A stretch of 64,000 nt of DNA from Candidatus Aenigmatarchaeota archaeon (GCA_043808015.1 JAZDFI010000029.1:32001-96000), one strand, 5' to 3'. Counted from the stretch's first letter, positions 9,136 to 19,478 are shown. Notes: generated by a model not told the origin, from the sequence alone. A program made the numbers and translations.

Positions 9136-9993
9136 ATGGAAATAAGCAAGACGTTCGTGCTTGAAATGATGTTCATATGCGCAGGGTCAGCAATACTGCT
9201 GCTGAATTTTTTTGTAATCGGTAATATATTTCCTTTCATAATGCCCCTGTTCAATGTCCTTGGGGCGCTGGTGGCGATAGTGCCGCCCTTTCTCATTTTC
9301 TACGGGCGCTACCGCGTAAGCAAGGAAATAGAGGAGCAGTTCATCATCTTCATAACCGACCTGACTGAATCGATAGATTCGGGTATGACGCTACCCATAG
9401 CCCTCAAGCACATAGGCAAGAAGGACTTCAGATCCATGTCCCCCTTTGTTCATGAGATAGCCAGCAAGGTGGAATGGGGCATACCTTTCGAGAAGGCACT
9501 GAAAATATTTTCCGAGAAAGTGAAGTCGACTCCCATCAGGAGGTCCGTCAGCACCATAATAGAAACATACAAGGTCGGCGGTAAGATATCCGACACGCTG
9601 AGAGCTATAGGCCAGTCTCTTATCGAAATAAACAAAATACGCCAGGAGCGCTCTGCATCGGTGCAGTCGCAGCTCGTGACCTCATACCTGATATTCTTCG
9701 TCTTCATTTTCATTCTGGTGGTGCTGAAAACGTTCCTGATACCCAGTTTCGGCACCATGCAGACGACACCATCGCTTCTCGGTGAAGAGCAAGCGCCGAC
9801 ATCTACTCCGGCCGAGATGTATAACCAGGCTTTCGTCAACTTCATCATCGTCCAAGGGTTTTTTGCCGGCCTCGCTACCGGCAAGATGGCAGAAGGCTCC
9901 ATCATTGCCGGGTTAAAACACAGCATAGTGCTGATAGTGGTAGGCTACACTATATTCTCCCTTCTGGGCCAGATGCAAATATCAATGTTTTAA
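9136..9993 (+). CDS. Type II secretion F / TadB-TadC-like membrane protein
   Basis: ESIDSGMTLPIAL, WGIPFEKAL, GGKISDTL, QGFFAGLATGKMAEG..AGLKH. Confidence 0.9.
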   Translation: MEISKTFVLEMMFICAGSAILLLNFFVIGNIFPFIMPLFNVLGALVAIVPPFLIFYGRYRVSKEIEEQFIIFITDLTESIDSGMTLPIALKHIGKKDFRSMSPFVHEIASKVEWGIPFEKALKIFSEKVKSTPIRRSVSTIIETYKVGGKISDTLRAIGQSLIEINKIRQERSASVQSQLVTSYLIFFVFIFILVVLKTFLIPSFGTMQTTPSLLGEEQAPTSTPAEMYNQAFVNFIIVQGFFAGLATGKMAEGSIIAGLKHSIVLIVVGYTIFSLLGQMQISMF

Positions 9994-10032
9994 ATACTTA
10001 TAGTGAGGAATAAGTAATATTGCGGTGAAATT

Positions 10033-10233
10033 ATGGGAAGGATAAAAACGATTCCTATCAAGTCACTTGGAGACCGTCTCCTTGAAGAACATGCTGACAA
10101 ATTCACGACTGATTTCGAAAAGAACAAGAAAGTCATTGACAGCCTGAAGGACATGCAATCCAAGAAAATGAGGAACATACTTGCCGGATACATAACCAAA
10201 GAAGTGAAGAAGATGAAAAAGGCCGGTCAGTGA
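10033..10233 (+). CDS. rps17e: 30S ribosomal protein eS17
   Basis: MGRIKT, FTTDFEKNK, SKKMRNILAGYIT. Confidence 0.97.
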   Translation: MGRIKTIPIKSLGDRLLEEHADKFTTDFEKNKKVIDSLKDMQSKKMRNILAGYITKEVKKMKKAGQ

Positions 10234-10237
10234 TTTT

Positions 10238-11332
10238 ATGAAAATAGAAGAAATACTGGAAAGCGCGTTCGTGGTCAAGCCAGATGACACACTTTCTCAC
10301 GTGGTTGCTAGAATGACCGAGGAGAAGCGCTACGAGGCTTTTGTTTTCGACGGCGAGAACCACGGCATCGTCACCATGGACGACATAATAAGGAAGAACG
10401 TCAGTGAACCACAGAAGATGAAAATATCATATTTCATGAAGCCCATAAACGTCTTCTCAGCAGAGACGCCGGCCGAGGACATAATAAACTACATGCTCGT
10501 GAGCGAATACAGGTCGCTGCCAGTCGAGAAAGACGGCAAAATATATGCAATAACCAAGCCTAAGCTTCTCGGCTTCATAAAAGACGAGGTATTCGAAGGC
10601 AAGAACGCCGGGGATATAATGCAAAAGCCTTTCTGCGTGAAAACAGATGACTCGCTTAACATGGTGCTTTCCGTGATAAAGGACGGCGGCAACAACAGGG
10701 TCCCTGTAATAGATGATAAAGGCAAGTTCGCCGGTCTAGTCGATAGTCTCAGCCTTTCTGGCATAATAATTGGCAGGGAAAGGCTAAGTCTTGGGGCGCG
10801 CAGCGACGGTGAAAAGAGCAGGATAGGCGACTTGGATATAAGCAAGTTCGCTACCAGCGATGTCGTCAGAGTGGGCCCTGAAGAAAGCGTCAAGAAAATC
10901 GTCAAGAAGATGTCAGATAAAGAAGTTTATAATGTCGTCGTCGAAGATGACGATAAGTTCATTGGCATAATAACCATAAAAGACATTCTCAAGCTAATAG
11001 GCAAGTCGCTCGAGACTGTGTACATACGAGTCAGCGGCCTCGGGGACGAGGATGAATTCGTCAGGGAAAAGATAGACGAACTCATTGAAAAAAGCATACA
11101 AAAGGTTCTCAAGGTCGTGAGAGTTTCGTATGTCGTCATACACGTCGAGATACACAAGAAAAAGGAAAAAAGCGATAGGAAAAAATATTCGGTCCAGGGA
11201 CGTTTCGTCACTGACAAAGGCAACTTCTACGCCAGCGACCATGAGTGGGAACCGATAAGCGCCGCCAAAATTTTCCTGGAAAGAATGGAAGGCGAAATAT
11301 TCAAACAGGTAAGCAAAGAACGCGGACGCTGA
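10238..11332 (+). CDS. Four-CBS-domain protein with C-terminal HPF/RaiA-like domain (putative ribosome hibernation factor)
   Basis: Two CBS pairs followed by ~100 aa with KYSVQGRFVTDKGNFYASDHEW; directly follows rps17e. Confidence 0.75.
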   Translation: MKIEEILESAFVVKPDDTLSHVVARMTEEKRYEAFVFDGENHGIVTMDDIIRKNVSEPQKMKISYFMKPINVFSAETPAEDIINYMLVSEYRSLPVEKDGKIYAITKPKLLGFIKDEVFEGKNAGDIMQKPFCVKTDDSLNMVLSVIKDGGNNRVPVIDDKGKFAGLVDSLSLSGIIIGRERLSLGARSDGEKSRIGDLDISKFATSDVVRVGPEESVKKIVKKMSDKEVYNVVVEDDDKFIGIITIKDILKLIGKSLETVYIRVSGLGDEDEFVREKIDELIEKSIQKVLKVVRVSYVVIHVEIHKKKEKSDRKKYSVQGRFVTDKGNFYASDHEWEPISAAKIFLERMEGEIFKQVSKERGR

Positions 11333-11335
11333 AGC

Positions 11336-12805
11336 TTAAAATGTTTTTTTGCCGGAAAAAAATTCATTCGCTGTTTTTTCCAGATCCTTTATTTTGACGC
11401 GTATCTGCTTCATCGAGTCGCGGTCGCGGAGTGTGACATCGTCATTCGTCAGCGAATCGTAATCCACGGTTATCGCCAGAGGGACGCCGAGCTGGTCGTA
11501 TATGACGTAGCGCTTTCCTATCGACTGTTTTTCATCGTATTTGGTTTCGAAAAGCATTTTCAACGTCTCGTTTATTTCTAATGCCTTTTCGTCTATGCCA
11601 TCTTTTCTGACGAGGGGCAGTATGACTACGTCTAATGGCGATAGTTTGCGCGGGAACTTGAGCACAGGCTTGCCTTCTCTTTCCGAAACGGAATTCTCGA
11701 GCACGGTGTAGAAAATCCTGTCGAGACCCATGGAGAGTTCGAATACGTGGGGTGTGAATTTTTCCTCATCCTCCACGACGGACAGGTCGACGCCCGAAAC
11801 CTTCGCGTGCGAAGATAGGTCATAATCGGTCCTGTAATTGCACGCTACCAGCTCCAGCCATCCAGTGCTCGTGTTAACCTCAAGGTCCCAGGTTTCCTTT
11901 GAATAGAAAGCCCTTGCGTTTTCCTCCAGTTCTCGGAAGCGTATGTCCTTAGGGTCGAAACCGCATTTCTCCATGAATTCCTGAGCAACGGCGAGATAAT
12001 AAGCGATAAGCTTGCCCGACACGAGTTTTTTCTCCACGGCATCCTGGACGCTTATGGAATGCGTTTCCTTGTCGACAAGTTTGAGCCTGAGCTTGAAATC
12101 TTTATACTTGTCGAAATCGTGGAAGTCGTTTATTTTTTTCGGGTTGAAAAACACCTCAGTCTCTAGTTGGGTGAATTCCCTGGTGCGTATGAGACCCTGG
12201 CGCGGCGAAATCTCATTACGGAATGAGCGCCCGGTCTGGGATATGCCCAACGGGAGCGAGACTCTTGCCGTCTTGTATATCTTGAGAAAGTCGGCGAATA
12301 TGTTCTGGCACGTCTCCGGCCTCAGGTATGCGTTTTTTTCGTCCGTGAGCGGGCCTATTGAGACTCCGATCATCATGTTGAATTTCTGGACCTTCGCTAG
12401 CGTTCCCTTGCATTCCGGGCATTTGACTTCGTGTTTGTCTATGAACACGTCGAATTCGCCGGATGACATGGCTTCCGGAATCGTCTCGCCGGTCGCGTCT
12501 TCTATGATTTTGTCGGCGCGGAATATCTTGTGACATTTCTTGCACTGCACGAGCGGGTCCACGAAATTTTTCAGGTGGCCTGACGCTTCGAAATTCTTTT
12601 TGGGCAGTATGAGACAGCCGTCGATTTCAAGCGAATCCGTTTTCCTAACGACTTCCGCACGCCAAAGTTCCGTGATTTTTCTCTTCATCACGGTTCCCAT
12701 GTGGCCGAAATCCATGAATCCCGAAAGTGAAGAGTGAATTTCAGCCGTGGGGAAGAATATGCCACGCTGGTCGGCAAGTTGCTGTATATGAGTGAATTTG
12801 TCCAT
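11336..12805 (-). CDS. glyS: Glycine-tRNA ligase (alpha2 type)
   Basis: YLRPETCQ, FRNEISPR.GL.R.REFTQ, ELSMGLDR. Confidence 0.96.
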   Translation of the reverse strand: MDKFTHIQQLADQRGIFFPTAEIHSSLSGFMDFGHMGTVMKRKITELWRAEVVRKTDSLEIDGCLILPKKNFEASGHLKNFVDPLVQCKKCHKIFRADKIIEDATGETIPEAMSSGEFDVFIDKHEVKCPECKGTLAKVQKFNMMIGVSIGPLTDEKNAYLRPETCQNIFADFLKIYKTARVSLPLGISQTGRSFRNEISPRQGLIRTREFTQLETEVFFNPKKINDFHDFDKYKDFKLRLKLVDKETHSISVQDAVEKKLVSGKLIAYYLAVAQEFMEKCGFDPKDIRFRELEENARAFYSKETWDLEVNTSTGWLELVACNYRTDYDLSSHAKVSGVDLSVVEDEEKFTPHVFELSMGLDRIFYTVLENSVSEREGKPVLKFPRKLSPLDVVILPLVRKDGIDEKALEINETLKMLFETKYDEKQSIGKRYVIYDQLGVPLAITVDYDSLTNDDVTLRDRDSMKQIRVKIKDLEKTANEFFSGKKTF

Positions 12806-12850
12806 AAAATCACATATAAATTTATTGCGAGAGTGCTTTTATAAGATATT

Positions 12851-13510
12851 ATGACAGGCAGAAAAGGTCTGAAAATCGATTTTCATGTCCATTCACATTT
12901 CTCTTCCGATGGCGACATGACGCCGGAAGAAATAATAAGATATGCCAAGAAAGCCGGGCTGGACGCGATAGCCGTTACGGATCATAACAGCCTGCGCGGA
13001 GGCAAGGAAGTGGAGAAGCTTTCAAAAGATCTTATTGTTCTCGTCGGTTCTGAGATAAAAACCGATGCCGGGGAAATCATAGCTCTCAATATAAAAAAGG
13101 ATATAGAACGTGACCTGGGGCTCGAGGAAACGTGCAAGCTGGTCAAAGAGCAGGGCGGTTTCATAATAATTTCACATCCATTCGACAGGTTCAGAAGCGG
13201 TATAGGAAGCGAGGCTGAAAAAATAGTAAAATACATAGACGCGGTCGAGGTTTTCAACGCGAGGACTATGGTCGGAAAATTCAACGACGATGCGCTCGCT
13301 TTCGCCAGGAAGCACAACCTGCCATGCGTCGCTGGTTCCGATTCCCACTTCGCCTCAGAACTGGGTTCTGCCTACACTCTGGTCATGGCCGAAAATAAAA
13401 AAGACATATTCAAGGCCATACGTCAGGGCAGGACTGAAATAGCAGGCAGGAAAACAGGCATAATGCCACACTGGAGAACCTTCATCAAGAACATGAACAG
13501 AAAATTATAA
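12851..13510 (+). CDS. PHP-domain metal-dependent phosphoesterase
   Basis: DFHVHS, AVTDHN, SHPF, GSDSH. Confidence 0.9.
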   Translation: MTGRKGLKIDFHVHSHFSSDGDMTPEEIIRYAKKAGLDAIAVTDHNSLRGGKEVEKLSKDLIVLVGSEIKTDAGEIIALNIKKDIERDLGLEETCKLVKEQGGFIIISHPFDRFRSGIGSEAEKIVKYIDAVEVFNARTMVGKFNDDALAFARKHNLPCVAGSDSHFASELGSAYTLVMAENKKDIFKAIRQGRTEIAGRKTGIMPHWRTFIKNMNRKL

Positions 13511-14536
13511 TCACTTGTTCACTGTCGCATTTGTGATATTCCCTATTCCGGTTTCTATTTCTGACTGTATGTCGTCGATTGTTTTGTATTTGCCAAGGCC
13601 GCCAGTCAGGTTGTCCACAGGCTTCATGATATTTTCAGGTATTTCATTCGCCACAATCTCCTTGTAGTTGTCTATGGTGTCGGCAATTCTCTCGTTCGCC
13701 TGGCCGACGAACGGCACCATGAGAACGAGAAATGAAATTATCACCACCGGGAGAAGCAGGTATTCTATCACTATCATGTTGTTTATCTTGTGAAACTCGA
13801 TGTCTATTTTTTTCATGAGCAGAAGTATTGAAAGGGGAATGACTATCAGCAGTATCATGCTCAGCGGGAAGCCGTACTGCAGCAGTGAAACCACGTAAGA
13901 GAATGCGCCCAGAAGGCCGATCGCCACGAACATCTTTTTGTTGCCCTTTATGATGCTGCCCTTGAACTTGAATTTGTATATGAGGTAACTGGCCATGTAA
14001 ACCAGGGAAAACGCCATTATTATCCAGAAGGGGAATTTTGAAATGTCGGACGTGAGGGCGAACCATCCGCACGAATATTTTAGGAACTCTATGACCGTCA
14101 TGTTGACCGCTGTCTTGCGCAGGCTTTTCTTGAAGCGCGCGCGCGGCGACGAGTGCAGCAGGTTGAGAAAAAGCATGGCAGTTATCATCAGGAAAAACCA
14201 CTTGCTTATGAAAAACGACATACCCATTCCGACTACGATGAAAGTGGCAAGTATTATTTTGGCCTGCTTGAGGTTGATCATGTCCCCTGCCACGAGCTTC
14301 CATTTCCTCTTCTCGGCGTCTTTCCTGTCTTCGTCGTGGTCGACGATGTCGTTGTAAACATATACAGCCGAATAGGATATCAGGAAGGCCGCCAAAGACG
14401 CGAGCGTCAGAAAGATATCCGGAACTCCCAGCAAAAACCAGAACAGTATTATTCCAAGAAGGAACTGGACCATGTTCTTGGGGAGGCTTATGGTTATGCT
14501 GTTGAAAAGGATTTTCTTTATTTTCATAAGCATCAC
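13511..14536 (-). CDS. UbiA family prenyltransferase
   Basis: YVYNDIVDHDED Asp-rich motif, 8-9 TMs. Confidence 0.82.
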   Translation of the reverse strand: MMLMKIKKILFNSITISLPKNMVQFLLGIILFWFLLGVPDIFLTLASLAAFLISYSAVYVYNDIVDHDEDRKDAEKRKWKLVAGDMINLKQAKIILATFIVVGMGMSFFISKWFFLMITAMLFLNLLHSSPRARFKKSLRKTAVNMTVIEFLKYSCGWFALTSDISKFPFWIIMAFSLVYMASYLIYKFKFKGSIIKGNKKMFVAIGLLGAFSYVVSLLQYGFPLSMILLIVIPLSILLLMKKIDIEFHKINNMIVIEYLLLPVVIISFLVLMVPFVGQANERIADTIDNYKEIVANEIPENIMKPVDNLTGGLGKYKTIDDIQSEIETGIGNITNATVNK

Positions 14537-14545
14537 ATATAGATT

Positions 14546-15310
14546 TCAGGCCGGCTCCTTTTTATGCATTTCCCGCACCTTTCGTGCGCGGAATATTATG
14601 GTTGAGGCAAAGGTTGTTTTCCTGGCGAACGCGGAGTCGACGGCATTCCATAGTCTTTCCTGCCATTTTTTGCGCGAGCCGTCCGCCATCACCGGAGTAC
14701 CTTTTATCTTTTCAATAGAGAAGCCATGCATCTCCAGCAGCTCTTTAAGAGAACGCTTTGTGAAGGCGTGTATGTGGCCTACGCCCTCCTTTATGAAAGG
14801 GTTGCCAGTGTACGTTTTCAGGGACGACTCTATCCACGTCGGCATGAAACCCAGGAAAAGGAAGCCGCGGTTATACCATGAGGCTATGTTCGGCACGGAA
14901 ATGACCAGGCAACCATTCGTCTTAAGCGAACGGTTTATGTTGGTGAGAAGGTTCTCGGTATCATAAATATGCTCTATCACGTCACCGCAGAAAACGGCAT
15001 CGAAGCTGTTTTTTTCGAACGGAAATTCCTTGTCTATGTTGGCGGTCTTGGCGTCTATCCCTTTTTTTCCGGCCTCGGCCACGGCATCCGCGCTTATGTC
15101 TATGCCATAAACCTTCGCCCCGGTTTCCTTGGATATGATCGCAGAAATGAAGCCGTCACCACAACCCACGTCCAGGATTTTTCCGTTCTTCTGGCCGCTG
15201 AAAAACTCCAGGACTACTTTTATTTTTTTCTCCTGTATTTTGTAGTATTTTCCGGATTCCTTGGCGAAAATATTGGAGTAGAAATTCTTGTTGTATTCGT
15301 TTGTGTCCAT
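14546..15310 (-). CDS. Class I SAM-dependent methyltransferase
   Basis: ILDVGCGDG, GIDIS, FDAVFCGDVIEH, ISVPN. Confidence 0.92.
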   Translation of the reverse strand: MDTNEYNKNFYSNIFAKESGKYYKIQEKKIKVVLEFFSGQKNGKILDVGCGDGFISAIISKETGAKVYGIDISADAVAEAGKKGIDAKTANIDKEFPFEKNSFDAVFCGDVIEHIYDTENLLTNINRSLKTNGCLVISVPNIASWYNRGFLFLGFMPTWIESSLKTYTGNPFIKEGVGHIHAFTKRSLKELLEMHGFSIEKIKGTPVMADGSRKKWQERLWNAVDSAFARKTTFASTIIFRARKVREMHKKEPA

Positions 15311-15371
15311 GGTAAAGGATTGTGGCCTCCAGTTATAAAAACGTATAAAAACGGAACGTCATTATAATTGT

Positions 15372-16880
15372 ATGGATTTGGTGAAAGCGCTGGAATCGCT
15401 GAGTCCCATTGAAAGGAGCGTGCTGCCGCACATCAAAGACGGCATGGAGCTCCGTGCAATAGCAAGGGACGCTAAATTGCAGGAAATAGAAGTCATGCGC
15501 GCCATCCAGTGGCTCGAAAACAAGGGCATGATAAAAGTTTCATCTTCCGCAAAAGACGTCGTTGTCGTTGGAAGCAACGGAAAGCTTTACATGAAAACCG
15601 GCTTACCTGAAAAGCGGTTTCTGGAGGCGCTTTCAGGAAAAATGAGCATTGATGACATCAAAAAGGTGACCAAGCTCGACGACAATGAAATAAGGATATG
15701 CCTTGGTCTGCTGAAAGCCAGATACGCGATTTCCATAATTGGTAATGTAATAGAACCGACCAGCGAGTGTGAGCGCATACTAAAAGAGGGTTTTGCGGAA
15801 GAAGCATTTCTCAAAAGCCTGCCGAAAAACTTCGATGGGCTGAGCGATGACGAAAAGATGCTTTTCGCCAGGCTTGCTAAAAGAAGGGACATCGTCCTGA
15901 AAGAAACGGCGAAACTGAGATTCGTGGAACTCACTGAGCTCGGCAAAAAACTTGCTGCCGGCTCAAAAAAAATAAAGATGGACCTCATAGAGTCGCTAAC
16001 GCCGCAGATGCTCAGGGAAAAAACATGGAGCGGCAAGAAGTTCAGGAGATATGACATAAAGACAGGTGTGCCGAAAATAAACCCGGGCAAGAGGCAGCCG
16101 TACAGCGAATTCCTGCAGGACGTGCGAGAACGACTGGTGTCGCTCGGATTCGAGGAAATGCACGGGCCTGTAATAGAGACTGAATTTTTCAATTTTGATG
16201 CGCTTTACCAGCCGCAGAACCACCCGGCAAGGGACTGGAGCGCCACTTACAGAATCAGGGAACCGAAATACGGCGACCTGCCTGAAAAAAGCATAGTTGC
16301 GTCAGTCAAAAAGGCCCATGAAAGGGGTATCGGTGGCTCTAGCGGATGGGGTTATAAGTGGGACAGCAAAATCGCGGCCCGTCTGATGCCAAGGGCGCAT
16401 GATACTGCCATATCACCCAGGTTTCTTGAGAAGGGTGTCAAGATACCAGGCAAATATTTCAGCCTCGTCCGCTGTTACAGGCCGGATGTCATCGACGCGA
16501 CCCATGGCGTCGAATTCAGCCAGCTTGGCGGTTTTGTCATAGGCAATGATCTTAATTTCAGGCATCTGCTCGGCCTGCTGAAACAATTCGTATTCGAAAT
16601 AACTGGCATAGAAGACGTGCGCTTCTCGCCGGACTATTTTCCTTTCACGGAACCTTCGGTCCAGATTGCCGCAAAACACCCGAAGCTTGGCTGGATGGAG
16701 CTTGCCGGGGCTGGTATTTTCAGGCCGGAACTCACTCTGCCCATGGGTGTCAAAGAGCCGGTAATAGCGTGGGGCTTCGGCATAGACAGGCTTGCCATGA
16801 TAAAGCTCGGTATAAAGGACATACGCGACATATTTTCGAATGATATAGAATTCTTGAGGAAAGCCGGAAAGGTGTTTTGA
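15372..16880 (+). CDS. pheS: Phenylalanine-tRNA ligase alpha subunit
   Basis: NFDALYQPQNHPARD, YFPFTEPS, AWGFGIDRLAM. Confidence 0.97.
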   Translation: MDLVKALESLSPIERSVLPHIKDGMELRAIARDAKLQEIEVMRAIQWLENKGMIKVSSSAKDVVVVGSNGKLYMKTGLPEKRFLEALSGKMSIDDIKKVTKLDDNEIRICLGLLKARYAISIIGNVIEPTSECERILKEGFAEEAFLKSLPKNFDGLSDDEKMLFARLAKRRDIVLKETAKLRFVELTELGKKLAAGSKKIKMDLIESLTPQMLREKTWSGKKFRRYDIKTGVPKINPGKRQPYSEFLQDVRERLVSLGFEEMHGPVIETEFFNFDALYQPQNHPARDWSATYRIREPKYGDLPEKSIVASVKKAHERGIGGSSGWGYKWDSKIAARLMPRAHDTAISPRFLEKGVKIPGKYFSLVRCYRPDVIDATHGVEFSQLGGFVIGNDLNFRHLLGLLKQFVFEITGIEDVRFSPDYFPFTEPSVQIAAKHPKLGWMELAGAGIFRPELTLPMGVKEPVIAWGFGIDRLAMIKLGIKDIRDIFSNDIEFLRKAGKVF

Positions 16881-18553
16881 TGCCAACGATAGAAATTTCG
16901 CTTAAGGACATGAGCAGGCTGGTGCGCAAGAAATTATCATTGACGGAGCTAGCGACTGCGCTGCAATACGTAAAAGGCGAAATCGAATCTTCGGACGGCG
17001 ACAGGTTGAAAATAGAGATAGCTGACAGCAACAGGCCTGACCTCTGGTCTGCCGAGGGCATAGCCAGGGAGTTGCGGTCGAGGTACGTCAATGAAAGGGG
17101 TCTCGCTAAATTCAAAACCAAAAAGTCAGGCCTCAAGGTAATAGTCGAAAAGAGCCTCAGAAACATAAGGCCGAGAACCGTCTGTGCGGTTGTCCGCGGT
17201 CTTCGCATAGATGATGAAACGCTTTTCCAGATGATTCAGCTGCAGGAAAAAATATGCGAGAATTTCGGCAGGAGAAGAAAGGAAGTGGCGCTGGGAATAT
17301 ACGACTACAGCAGGATTTCACCGCCAATTTATTTCAGGGCGTACGGCCCGGAAGATATAAAATTCGTACCGCTCGACTTCAATGTGGATATGAGCCTCAA
17401 GGCCATACTTGCAGAGCATCCGAAAGGTAAGGAATACGCGCATCTTCTCGCCGGTATGAAAAAATATCCTATCTTCATAGATTCGATGGACCACGTGCTT
17501 TCCATGCCGCCGGTCATAAACTCCGACTTCAGCGGCAAGGTCACGAAGGCGACGAAAGACGTGTTCATCGAATGCTCGGGATTCAGCATGAAATTCCTCC
17601 TGCCCGCACTCAACATAATGGTCGCGGCCCTCGCCGACAGGGGCGGGCGCGTCGAGACTGTCGATGTCGTTTTCCCGGACGGCAAAATGCAGACGCCGGA
17701 TTTCACCTCGAAAAAAATACTGGTAAATCCTGATAGAGCAAGGCATATTTCAGGTTTGCATTTAACCGATGCCGATATTGCAAAGCTTCTGATGAAAGCA
17801 AGATACGGCGTGAAAAAAGAGCGTGGCGCGCTGGCCGTTCTCGTCCCGTCATACAGGCAGGACGTGATGCACGAAGTTGATGTGATAGAAGACATGATTA
17901 TATCATACAGTTACAATAAAATAGAGCCCATCACGCCTTCCCTGGCCAGCACCGGAAAGCTGACGCCGGTTAATAATTTCGTTAAAAAAATAACCGAGCT
18001 TATGGTCGGCCTCGGCAACCAGGAAGTCCTTTCATACACTCTTACCAACAGGGAGAACATGATAAAGAAGATGAACCTCGAAGGTATGAAAATCATAGAA
18101 ATAAACAATCCGGTTTCAAAAAACTGGAGCGTTTTCAGGACATGGATAACACCTTCGCTAATCGAATTCATGTCGAACAACACCAACAAGGAATACCCCC
18201 AGCGCGTGTTCGAAATAGGCGAGGTCGTCGTTTACGACGCCAAAGCGGAAACCAGAAGCAATAATCCCGTGATGCTCGCGCTGGCCTGCGCCGGGTCTGA
18301 CGCCAACTTTACACTGGCCAGGCAGCAATTGGACTTCGTGCTGAGAACGATAGGCATTGAATACGTTGTAGAGGAAACCGAGCACTGTTCCTTCATAACA
18401 GGAAGGGTTGGAATCGTTTATGCTAAAGGCCGGGAAATCGCATGCCTGGGGGAAATACACCCCAAAGTCCTTTCTAATTTTGGCATAGAACAGCCGGTAT
18501 GCACTTTCGAAATGAACCTTAGCGAAATTCTCGCGCTGGTCGAAAAAAAATAA
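16880..18553 (+). CDS. pheT: Phenylalanine-tRNA ligase beta subunit
   Basis: NRPDLWSAEGIAR, SMPPVINS, R.DVMHEVDVIED; ATG overlaps pheS stop (TGATG). Confidence 0.97.
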   Translation: MPTIEISLKDMSRLVRKKLSLTELATALQYVKGEIESSDGDRLKIEIADSNRPDLWSAEGIARELRSRYVNERGLAKFKTKKSGLKVIVEKSLRNIRPRTVCAVVRGLRIDDETLFQMIQLQEKICENFGRRRKEVALGIYDYSRISPPIYFRAYGPEDIKFVPLDFNVDMSLKAILAEHPKGKEYAHLLAGMKKYPIFIDSMDHVLSMPPVINSDFSGKVTKATKDVFIECSGFSMKFLLPALNIMVAALADRGGRVETVDVVFPDGKMQTPDFTSKKILVNPDRARHISGLHLTDADIAKLLMKARYGVKKERGALAVLVPSYRQDVMHEVDVIEDMIISYSYNKIEPITPSLASTGKLTPVNNFVKKITELMVGLGNQEVLSYTLTNRENMIKKMNLEGMKIIEINNPVSKNWSVFRTWITPSLIEFMSNNTNKEYPQRVFEIGEVVVYDAKAETRSNNPVMLALACAGSDANFTLARQQLDFVLRTIGIEYVVEETEHCSFITGRVGIVYAKGREIACLGEIHPKVLSNFGIEQPVCTFEMNLSEILALVEKK

Positions 18554-19318
18554 TCATCTGCCATGAAGCCAGTTGAAAAGCCTGTAGCTTAACTGTATTT
18601 TCGGTGTGTAAGTTTCTCCGATGAGGCTGGCCGCTATGGCCCTTATGTGCTGCGCGGCTGGGGAACGCGGATTGTAAACGACAACCGGCTCTTTCATGGC
18701 AATCGCCTTTCGCACTTCTCTGTCCTCCGGCACTGTACCTATTATGGGAAGGCCTATCATCCTCTCTATGTGTTCTGCCGGGAGCTCGTGCGTTTCGTTT
18801 TTCACCCTGTTGAGAATTATGCCGAGGTTGTGTGTTGAACACTTGTTTGACATCATGGTAAGCTTGAAGGCGTCCGTGACTGCCGGGAGCTCCGGATTTG
18901 TAACTGTCAATAGCTCGTCGGCCGCTTCCATGGCCGCCACGGATTCCTTGCCCAGTCCGGCTGGCGTGTCGATGAGTATGAAATCATGGCCTTCGAGCAG
19001 CTTGTAAAGCACATCGATATAATGATGGGATTTTATATTCTTTGTTTTTCTCATGGATATGTCCGCAGGTATGACCTTGAAGCCGGTTTTATGTGTGTAA
19101 AGAACGTCGCTGACCTTTGCCCTGCCTTCAAAAACGTCATGTATTGTTTTGGGGTACAAATGCATGCCGAGATGCAGTGCCAGATTCGACGTCGTCAGGT
19201 TGGCGTCGATGGCCACTACCGATTTGCCATATTGTGCCAAAGCCGCGGCGAGATTCGCGACGAGCGTCGTTTTGCCCACCCCGCCTTTACCAGAAGAAAT
19301 TGCTATTATGCGTGTCAT
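18554..19318 (-). CDS. minD: MinD/ParA family ATPase
   Basis: SGKGGVGKTT deviant Walker A, IDTPAG, VTNPE, ILNRV. Confidence 0.88.
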   Translation of the reverse strand: MTRIIAISSGKGGVGKTTLVANLAAALAQYGKSVVAIDANLTTSNLALHLGMHLYPKTIHDVFEGRAKVSDVLYTHKTGFKVIPADISMRKTKNIKSHHYIDVLYKLLEGHDFILIDTPAGLGKESVAAMEAADELLTVTNPELPAVTDAFKLTMMSNKCSTHNLGIILNRVKNETHELPAEHIERMIGLPIIGTVPEDREVRKAIAMKEPVVVYNPRSPAAQHIRAIAASLIGETYTPKIQLSYRLFNWLHGR

Positions 19319-19371
19319 GCTATAGTCTTGTCTTCAAAAAGTTATAAAACTATCCTGTCAGAAACGCGGAG

Positions 19372-19478
19372 CGGACCTGGGGGGATTTTCGCTTAAGCCT
19401 TTTAGTTAAAAGACTTGTTTCGAACCCCCGACCTTTAGCTTAGGAGGCTACTGCTCTATCCAACTGAGCTACAGGCCC
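19372..19478 (-). tRNA. tRNA-Arg(CCU) with 33-nt non-canonical intron at 59/60 (19386-19418)
   Basis: GGGCCTG/CAGGTCC acceptor, GCTC/GAGC D-stem, loop CT-CCT-AA, T-stem GGGGG/CCCCC with interrupted TTCGAA|T and a bulge-helix-bulge; CCA not encoded. Confidence 0.92.
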
